Shown: positions 57,039-64,000 of the stretch, piece after piece
Layout: each line of letters opens with the position of its first letter
Numbering within the stretch: position 1 is the first letter of the stretch
Assembly (NCBI GenBank): GCA_052035195.1
Contig: JBPOHU010000003.1
Coordinates: 17,453 to 81,452 of the forward strand
Source: Candidatus Nomurabacteria bacterium
Lineage (GTDB): Bacteria > Patescibacteriota > Minisyncoccia > Phycocordibacterales > UBA9973
Reading direction: 5' to 3'
Length of the DNA stretch: 64,000 nucleotides
Program-made: the position numbers and the translations under genes
The notes under the pieces: generated by a model
What the model saw: only the letters and a program-made list of their open reading frames with translations
Databases searched by the model: none
Told to the model about the DNA's origin: nothing

Positions 57039-57419
57039 TTATTGATAATTAATAACCATCGTTGTAGCCAGGTCTGATGTTGGCTGTGCTACTAGATGAA
57101 GAATCTTTTTTTGTTCTTTACCAAATCTATCTTTTTGTTTGATTTCTATAATATTATAACCCGGAGATAGCAGGGCACCATCGTTGAAAACTCCACTTGG
57201 GTCTACAGAAACGATTCGTCCGTTTATTTCGAGGCTTGATGCATGTTTTGCCATACCAGATATTGGTAAAAAAGTATCAGTCAGTGTTGCTCCGTCAGAT
57301 GCTGATTTTATAGAAAAGGCAGTACCAAAAAATAAATCTTTTGTATTATAAAAAACAAGCATAAGTACACTAGAGATTCCTATCCACATTATTAGTTTCG
57401 ATATGTGTGGTTTCTTCAT
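57039..57419 (-). CDS. Hypothetical membrane-anchored protein
   Basis: 126 aa, N-terminal TM, no family recognised. Confidence 0.4.
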   Translation of the reverse strand: MKKPHISKLIMWIGISSVLMLVFYNTKDLFFGTAFSIKSASDGATLTDTFLPISGMAKHASSLEINGRIVSVDPSGVFNDGALLSPGYNIIEIKQKDRFGKEQKKILHLVAQPTSDLATTMVINYQ

Positions 57420-57423
57420 ATAT

Positions 57424-59586
57424 TTATAGTCCCATTTCTTCTGCTACGTGGTCGACAGTTGATTCTTTTGGTCCATGAGAAAGAACTTCTCTTGGTTTTG
57501 CTCCATCTGCTGGACCTATTACTCCACGCTCTTCAAGCATATCCATGAGGCGTGCAGCTCGAGCATAACCAACCTTAAGCTTGCGTTGTAGGTATGAAGT
57601 AGAGCCCTTACCCGCTTCTATTATTATAGCGCGTGCCTCCTCGTATAGAGCATCATCAGTATCAGTGTCACTATCAGCTATACCATCGGCAAATAGAGAC
57701 TTTTCTCCTGTCATGGTGCCTGTAAATTCAATAGTGTCAGGAATCTCATCTTTAAATGCGTCTTTAAGATATTTCACAATAGCCTTAACTTCATCTTCGG
57801 TGATATTTGCACTTTGTAGTCGACGTGGTTGGTTGTCACCAATCATAGCCAGCATATCTCCTCGTCCTAATAGTTTTTCTGCTCCGACAGTATCTAAAAT
57901 AGTACGAGAGTCGATACCAGTAGGAACGCGAAGTGCGATACGAGACGGCACATTAGCCTTGATAAGTCCTGTAATGACATTAACTTCAGGTCGCTGTGTA
58001 GAGAGTATAAGGTGTATACCAACAGCTCGGGACATTTGTGCGAGTCTTACGATAGCTGCTTCGAGTTCCCGAGGGTAGGCTTGCATGATATCAGCAAGCT
58101 CATCAATAATTATGACTATATAAGGCATACGATCAGCGCCACCTTCAGTTGCCGTAGCACCTTTTGCAAATTCTTTTTCGTGTAGTTTGTGGTATGAATC
58201 TATATCACGCACTGATTCTGATTCTAGTATGTCATAGCGACGATTCATTTCTGATGCTGCCCACTTGAGAGAAAGGATAGCTTTCTTTGCTTCTGTGATA
58301 ACAGGAGTTAGTAGGTGAGGGATACCATTGTAAAGTGTGAGCTCAACACGTTTTGGATCAACAAAGATAAATCGAAGTTCATCAGGACCGTGGCGATAGA
58401 GGAGTGAGGAAATGATTGCGTGGATAGTAACTGATTTACCACTACCTGTGGTTCCGGCGATAAGTAGGTGTGGCATTTTTGCAATACTTTCGTATGTAGC
58501 TTTTCCGGAAATATTTCGTCCCAATGCCACGATGAGAGGTTTGTGATTTTCAGTGAATGCAGGATCAGCTACAAGAGAAGATAGTCCAACAGTAGATTTT
58601 GTTTTATTTGGGATCTCTATACCTACGAGACTTTTACCAGGGATAGGGGCTTCAATACGAATAGGGTGGGCAGCGAGAGATAGGGCGAGGTCATTCTGAA
58701 GACCTAAAATTCTTGTAAGTTTTACTCCTTGTGCAGGCTTTAATGCATACCGGGTAACTGTTGGACCGATGGTGATTTCATCCATTTCTACCTCTATTCC
58801 GAACTCAGCAAGAGTGCGTTTGATGATGTTTGCATTTGCCTTCACATCTCCTACATTTGCCTTACCACTATCCTTTTCAAGAAGAGAAATTGGTGGAGGA
58901 GTATAAAGAGTACTAGGCTTTCTTTTTGGTATTGGAATAGCAAATTCTTCTTCGCTCGGTAGAGGGACAGTTGCTCTTGTGTTTTCCGCTCGTACTTCAT
59001 CTTTTTTTACTACAGGTCTTTCAGGCTCTTCTCCCGTGTAGTCTTCTATGATTGGTTCGGTTCGAGGTTTTTTTGTAAAGAGGGATTTTATTTTTTCCCA
59101 GATAGCCACAAAGTGAGGGAATAGGTTTGGTGTTCTGTCGAAGAATATAATAAGAGAACTAGCACAAAATACAGCCAGTATAAGAGCTCCAAAAACAGTG
59201 TCAAAAAGGGTTACAAAAGGGAAGCGAACCAGAGAGCCAACAAAGCCTCCATACTCTGGGCTAGCTACCGTTAGAAGCCCAAGAAGACTCAAGATACCCA
59301 CAGTACTACCCACCCATTCTCTAGGAGAAGCTGTTATTTTTCTTTTTCTGATAACTAAAATACCTGCAGTTAAAAGTCCAACAGGAATCATAATAGCCCC
59401 AGCTCCAAGAATCATATAAGCGCCACGCCATAGTACCAACCCTCCAACTCCTGCTCCTCCTATAGCTCCACCAAATGATACTAGAGATATCAATATTAGT
59501 ATTAAACCAAGTACAACGTGGTTTGTAGTTCCTGTTTTCTCAGACTTATTTTTAGAATCTTTTTTTGAAGACGGTTTGTTTGCCAT
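57424..59586 (-). CDS. ftsK: DNA translocase FtsK/SpoIIIE
   Basis: N-terminal 4-TM domain, motor domain with Walker A LIAGTTGSGKS, C-terminal gamma (wHTH) domain. Confidence 0.9.
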   Translation of the reverse strand: MANKPSSKKDSKNKSEKTGTTNHVVLGLILILISLVSFGGAIGGAGVGGLVLWRGAYMILGAGAIMIPVGLLTAGILVIRKRKITASPREWVGSTVGILSLLGLLTVASPEYGGFVGSLVRFPFVTLFDTVFGALILAVFCASSLIIFFDRTPNLFPHFVAIWEKIKSLFTKKPRTEPIIEDYTGEEPERPVVKKDEVRAENTRATVPLPSEEEFAIPIPKRKPSTLYTPPPISLLEKDSGKANVGDVKANANIIKRTLAEFGIEVEMDEITIGPTVTRYALKPAQGVKLTRILGLQNDLALSLAAHPIRIEAPIPGKSLVGIEIPNKTKSTVGLSSLVADPAFTENHKPLIVALGRNISGKATYESIAKMPHLLIAGTTGSGKSVTIHAIISSLLYRHGPDELRFIFVDPKRVELTLYNGIPHLLTPVITEAKKAILSLKWAASEMNRRYDILESESVRDIDSYHKLHEKEFAKGATATEGGADRMPYIVIIIDELADIMQAYPRELEAAIVRLAQMSRAVGIHLILSTQRPEVNVITGLIKANVPSRIALRVPTGIDSRTILDTVGAEKLLGRGDMLAMIGDNQPRRLQSANITEDEVKAIVKYLKDAFKDEIPDTIEFTGTMTGEKSLFADGIADSDTDTDDALYEEARAIIIEAGKGSTSYLQRKLKVGYARAARLMDMLEERGVIGPADGAKPREVLSHGPKESTVDHVAEEMGL

Positions 59587-59773
59587 AGGTGTTTATACAG
59601 GATGAAGTATATCATGGGCTAGATTAAGAAAACAGCAAAAAAGATTGAAATATAAGGCTTATTCTGAAACAGACTTGTCCTTGCAACAAGGGGGAGTTGT
59701 CCCTTATACTGTCCTTAATAAAAAATTCTTTCTTCTAGGACAAAAGCTTTAAAAGACATAAGAGACAAAATAA

Positions 59774-60436
59774 ATGAACTCATTAGAACTAAATAATATA
59801 AAGATAAATCAAAAAGACATAGAAAAAGGACAAAAAATCCTTGCAGCTGTCTATTTGGTCACGGACCATCTTTCAGAAACAGAGTCTATAAGACAAGCTC
59901 TCAGAACTAAAGTTATAGAGTTTCTGTCTAATGAAAATGTTTCTCCAGAAAAGACTCTTGGTCAAATAGAGATCCTATTAGGAGGAGCTGTTTTTGCTGG
60001 TCTAATAAGTGAAAAAAATAGTTCTATAATTTTGTACGAGATAAATCACTTTTATCGTAACTCTCTAAGCGGTAGTATGACTGTACAACTACAGACTCTT
60101 TTTAATACGACAAATGCTCCTCAAAGCAGGGCGGAAATTAGTGTAAAAGACAGTAAAAAGACTTTTATTGGACACACTATCAGTCATCCTAATAAGACAG
60201 AGTTTATTAATACTGGTTCGAAAAACCTTTTAAATAAAAGTGCTCGCCAAGACACTATTTTGTCTTTTATAAATGAAAGAAAAAGTGCGGTCATAAAAGA
60301 CATTATTTCTCTCTTCCCAGAGGTTAGCGAAAAGACAATTCAAAGAGAACTAAATGCACTCATTGATAGTGGTCGCATCACCAAGCGGGGAACAAAGCGC
60401 TGGAGTATCTACATGGCGGTTAACTCTCTCTTATAA
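59774..60436 (+). CDS. Hypothetical protein with C-terminal winged-helix-like region
   Basis: 220 aa; C-terminus SAVIKDIISLFPEVSEKTIQRELNALIDSGRITKRG resembles a DeoR-type HTH. Confidence 0.4.
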   Translation: MNSLELNNIKINQKDIEKGQKILAAVYLVTDHLSETESIRQALRTKVIEFLSNENVSPEKTLGQIEILLGGAVFAGLISEKNSSIILYEINHFYRNSLSGSMTVQLQTLFNTTNAPQSRAEISVKDSKKTFIGHTISHPNKTEFINTGSKNLLNKSARQDTILSFINERKSAVIKDIISLFPEVSEKTIQRELNALIDSGRITKRGTKRWSIYMAVNSLL

Positions 60437-60974
60437 CCTTGTGGTGTAATGCTTTAATACTTGTTTCGTCACAAGAGATAAGTGGCTCTTCGCGCCTATA
60501 ATTGTTTTGTAGTTAGTCCTATATCGGATATACTATTGATATCGTATTGCCCTGGTCCGTTCTACGGATTTGTGGTAGTATGATAGCTGTCTTTTGCGTT
60601 GTTTAAAACTCGTTTTATTACATCGCAGAGGACAAAATAAATAGGTGGGAAACCACTGAAAAAGGAATGATCATTGAAAACTTAATAACACTATTTGCGA
60701 AAGCAAATATTATTACGAATGTTTTCGTCGACATTCCTTGTTTTGTTTTCTGAGATGTACACCCAATTATAAAGGGTGAACAAAACGGAAGACACAATCG
60801 GCCCTGTCGACATGGCAGATGCATACAATCTATATGTGCATTTGCAATAGATAAACTCGTCATCTCTATAAGTGTGATAAAGACTCTTATATAGAAGACA
60901 AAGGTATATAAAAATCGTAGCGTTCGTCGATGCTACACAAAATAAAAAATATACCCATTATAAAACGATAAAAT

Positions 60975-63900
60975 ATGAAAAATTTTACAAAGGTAATTCT
61001 TGGAACTTTCCTTGGATTAGCTCTTACAGTAGGTTCTACTGATGCAGCTATGACATGGTCACGTTCTCTTAAACTCGGTTCTCGAGGTGCAGATGTTAAG
61101 GATCTTCAAGTGTTCCTAAACATGTGTGCTGACACAAAGGTTTCTAACTCAGGAGCTGGTTCTCCTGGTATGGAAACAACTTACTTCGGTCCAGCAACAA
61201 AGTCTGCTGTATCAAAGTGGCAACAAGCTCGTGGAGTTTCTCCAGCTAGTGGTCTTTTCGGACCTCTATCAAGAGCTAAGGCTGCTGAACTACAATCGTC
61301 TTCAAACGTTTGTGGTGGTGGTGTAGTAGTTAATCCTCCAGTAAACCAAACAGGTCCTGTGATGGCTTCTCTATCTGCAACAACTCCAGCTGCTGGATAC
61401 ATCGTGAACAACCAAGCTTCAGCTGGGCTTCTTGATGTAACTTTCACTGGTTCAGGTATTGTTAACTCAGTTACTCTTAAGCGTTCTGGTATCTCTGATC
61501 AAAACACTCTTACAAATGTTTACCTATACGACGGAAATTCTCGTCTTACAGATGGGGACTCATTCAACAGTACTGGTGAGATCATGATGAACAACCTTAA
61601 CCTTATGGTTTCTGGTTCAAAGACTATTTCTGTAAAAGCTGATGCTTCAGCAACTGCAAACAACAGTTCTACTATCGCAGTAGCACTTACAAGTTTCTCA
61701 GCAGGAGCAACAGTTAACACAGTAAATATTCAAGGTAACACTATGAATCTTGCTGCTGGCGGATCTCTTGCTACAGTTTCACTTACATCTACTAACACAG
61801 TTGCAAGTGCTACAGTAAATGCAGGAACATCAGCGTACACATTCTGGTCAGCTCCTCTTCAAGTGAATACTCGAACTCTTTACCTTAAGAGTGCAGCATT
61901 CCGCATGATTGGTTCTGCTCCATCTGATGCACTTTCAAACATCAAACTTTTTGTTGATGGTGTTGATACAGGTAAGCTTGCTATGGTTTCTTCTATTCAA
62001 GGAACAAACTACGCAATCTTTGACTTCGGTTCTTCTCCGATGGCTCTTACAACAGGTGGACACACTGTTGCTGTTCGAGCAGATATCGTTAAGGGGTCAA
62101 GTCGAACAGTTTCATTCTCACTTCAACAAGCGGCTGATCTTATGATCATGGATCCACAGGTTGGTGTTAATGTTTCTGTTGGAACAACAAACATGCCTAG
62201 TACAGCAGGAACTATTACTATCGGTAGTGGTTCTATGACAGCTAGTGTAGACCCTTCTTTCCAATCAATGATCAATGTTACTGGTGGTGCATCTAATGTT
62301 GCTATCGCTAAGTACAAGGTTCGTGCATATGGTGAAGATGTTAAGGTTAACTCACTCCAAGTTCTTCCAGTTCTTGGAACAATGACTCCTGCTGCTGCTG
62401 GTCTTCAAAATGTAACTGTTTATTTTAACGGTTCACAAGTTGGAACACAGACAGCTTCATGGACATCAGGAAATATCACTTTGAACCTAGGTTCACAAAT
62501 GATTATCCCTGCTGGTGTTGAAAGCTTCATTGAAGTTCGTGCAGACATCCGAACATCAGGTGGTACAAACTACACTGCTGGTACAGTATCTGCTAACCTT
62601 GTTGTTGGTTCATCTAACGCACAAGGACAAAGTTCATACACAACAGTTAGTACACCAGCTGTAACAGGTAATACTCTTACAGTTCAAACTGGTCTTCTAG
62701 GTCTTGCTGCTAACTCAGGTTACGCAAGTCAGAATGCAAATCCAAATACAGCTAATGTTAAAGTTGGATCATTCGTTCTTCAAAACCAAAGTTCTTCTGA
62801 ATCAGTAAGAATTACAAATCTTGCAGTTGGATTAACTTTTGGTGCTGGAACTTCAGCAACAAACTTTGGTGCTCTTAAGACTTCAGAGAATGCATCACCT
62901 GTACAACCACAGGCTACAAATAACTTCTCTGTAGACTTTACAATTGCTCCAAACGCAACAAAGACAGTTGATATATTTGCTGATTCAGGTGCTGATTCAG
63001 GTGCTACAGCAACTCTTCAAACAACTGTTACTGTTTCATCAATTGGTGTTTCAAGTAATGTTTCTGCAACAAGTGCAGCAACAGCTGGTCAAACAATTAC
63101 ATTCCGAACAGGAACAATTGCTACACCTACACTTACAACATCTTCATCAACAACAGCACAATTCGTTGCTGCTGCTAATGGTGGATCTTCAGATGGATCA
63201 AAAGCTGTTTACAACTTTAGTTCATCAAATGCGTCTTCTGTAATTACAAAGCTTACATTTACAGCAACTTCAGGAACAGCAACAGCTGTTAAGATTAACG
63301 GGGTTTCATATCCTGTAGTCGGAACAACAGCTATTGCTTCTGGTCTTAACCTCGTGGTTCCACTAGGAGGATCAGGTCTTAATGTTGAAATATATGTATC
63401 ATATCCAGAAGTTGGTTCATCAGGTGCTGCTTCAAACACATCATCTACTCTAACTCTTACTGGTGTTGAATACTCAAGTGGTGGAGTTGCACAAACAGCT
63501 CTTGCTCCTTCAGTAGCAGCTCCTACAATGGTTCTAGTTGGTTCAGTACCTGCTCTTGCAATTGCTGACTCAACAGATACATTGTTAAACGGTTCTGTAA
63601 AGATCGCAGAAGTTACAGTTTCAGCTAACTCAAAGGGTGACATCAAGCTTGGAAAACTTCCAGTATTGGTTAACTCAACAGGTGTTGCAACTATCGCTTC
63701 AGCTGCTGACAACATTGTTGTTAAAGATACATCAGGTAATACTATTGCTACAACAAATGCTACATTCGCTGTTTCAGCAGGTGGCTCAGCAACAGGTGTT
63801 ATTTGTTTCGATACAGCAACTGCTGCATGTGCTTCAGGTTCAAGTTCAGCTACTGCTTACTTGATTCCTGCTGGAACATCTAAGACATTCCGTATCTACG

Positions 63901-64000
63901 CTACAGCCGCTACAGTTTCAGGTGCTGTTAATACAACATCACTCTCAACTAGACTCGGTGCAGCCGCTAGCTTCTCTTGGTACGACGCTGCAGGTGCAAA
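60975..64000 (+). CDS. Giant secreted cell-surface protein (S-layer-like), N-terminal peptidoglycan-binding-like domain; 3' end beyond window
   Basis: Signal peptide MKNFTKVILGTFLGLALTVGSTDA. PG_binding_1-like LKLGSRGADVKDLQVFLN...YFGPATKSAVSKWQQARG...GLFGP. Then >900 aa Thr/Ser/Ala/Gly/Val-rich repeats. Strongly biased codon use (NNT-rich, highly-expressed style). Not in ORF track (no stop inside window). Confidence 0.65.
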   Translation, partial: MKNFTKVILGTFLGLALTVGSTDAAMTWSRSLKLGSRGADVKDLQVFLNMCADTKVSNSGAGSPGMETTYFGPATKSAVSKWQQARGVSPASGLFGPLSRAKAAELQSSSNVCGGGVVVNPPVNQTGPVMASLSATTPAAGYIVNNQASAGLLDVTFTGSGIVNSVTLKRSGISDQNTLTNVYLYDGNSRLTDGDSFNSTGEIMMNNLNLMVSGSKTISVKADASATANNSSTIAVALTSFSAGATVNTVNIQGNTMNLAAGGSLATVSLTSTNTVASATVNAGTSAYTFWSAPLQVNTRTLYLKSAAFRMIGSAPSDALSNIKLFVDGVDTGKLAMVSSIQGTNYAIFDFGSSPMALTTGGHTVAVRADIVKGSSRTVSFSLQQAADLMIMDPQVGVNVSVGTTNMPSTAGTITIGSGSMTASVDPSFQSMINVTGGASNVAIAKYKVRAYGEDVKVNSLQVLPVLGTMTPAAAGLQNVTVYFNGSQVGTQTASWTSGNITLNLGSQMIIPAGVESFIEVRADIRTSGGTNYTAGTVSANLVVGSSNAQGQSSYTTVSTPAVTGNTLTVQTGLLGLAANSGYASQNANPNTANVKVGSFVLQNQSSSESVRITNLAVGLTFGAGTSATNFGALKTSENASPVQPQATNNFSVDFTIAPNATKTVDIFADSGADSGATATLQTTVTVSSIGVSSNVSATSAATAGQTITFRTGTIATPTLTTSSSTTAQFVAAANGGSSDGSKAVYNFSSSNASSVITKLTFTATSGTATAVKINGVSYPVVGTTAIASGLNLVVPLGGSGLNVEIYVSYPEVGSSGAASNTSSTLTLTGVEYSSGGVAQTALAPSVAAPTMVLVGSVPALAIADSTDTLLNGSVKIAEVTVSANSKGDIKLGKLPVLVNSTGVATIASAADNIVVKDTSGNTIATTNATFAVSAGGSATGVICFDTATAACASGSSSATAYLIPAGTSKTFRIYATAATVSGAVNTTSLSTRLGAAASFSWYDAAGA

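Noticed and set aside
60618-60863. 81-aa ORF on - strand in the intergenic region before the surface-protein gene
   Set aside because: AT-rich promoter region, no RBS or coding periodicity; likely spurious.
1-64000. CRISPR arrays and rRNA genes
   Set aside because: No short regularly spaced repeats with unique spacers and no rRNA-like conserved stretches seen.

Overview
Low-GC (~35-38%), compact bacterial chromosome segment dominated by housekeeping genes on the + strand: polA, tsaE, pheST, argS, ileS, glyQS, metG, secE-nusG-rplK, rpsF-ssb-rpsR, rpsT, rplS, recA, ftsK, recO, ruvA, mutM, thyA, ndk and efp. Short-form aminoacyl-tRNA synthetases, a PolA without a 3'-5' exonuclease domain, many ORFans, dispersed type IV pilus genes (pilB, pilMNO, pilin) and a giant surface protein at the 3' edge point to a reduced-genome lineage such as CPR/Patescibacteria; this is inference. 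Seven tRNA genes are present: Lys-CTT, Arg-GCG, Ser-TGA, Arg-TCT, Val-TAC, Leu-GAG and His-GTG. The most unusual signal is a family of homologous ~130-240-nt structured elements sitting immediately 3' of tRNA genes; each is bracketed by inverted and direct copies of the 3' portion of that tRNA, and the internal hairpins show compensatory substitutions. Other notable items are an IleS carrying an embedded histidine-phosphatase (RHG) domain behind a T-box-like leader, a tandem array of four ORFan genes each in a near-identical terminator-promoter cassette between argS and ndk, a MITE-like inverted-repeat element after ndk, a DsbA/DsbB pair plus a VKOR fusion, and a surface protein with paired DxDxDG repeats and a C-terminal anchor. 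No CRISPR array, rRNA or intact prophage was seen.
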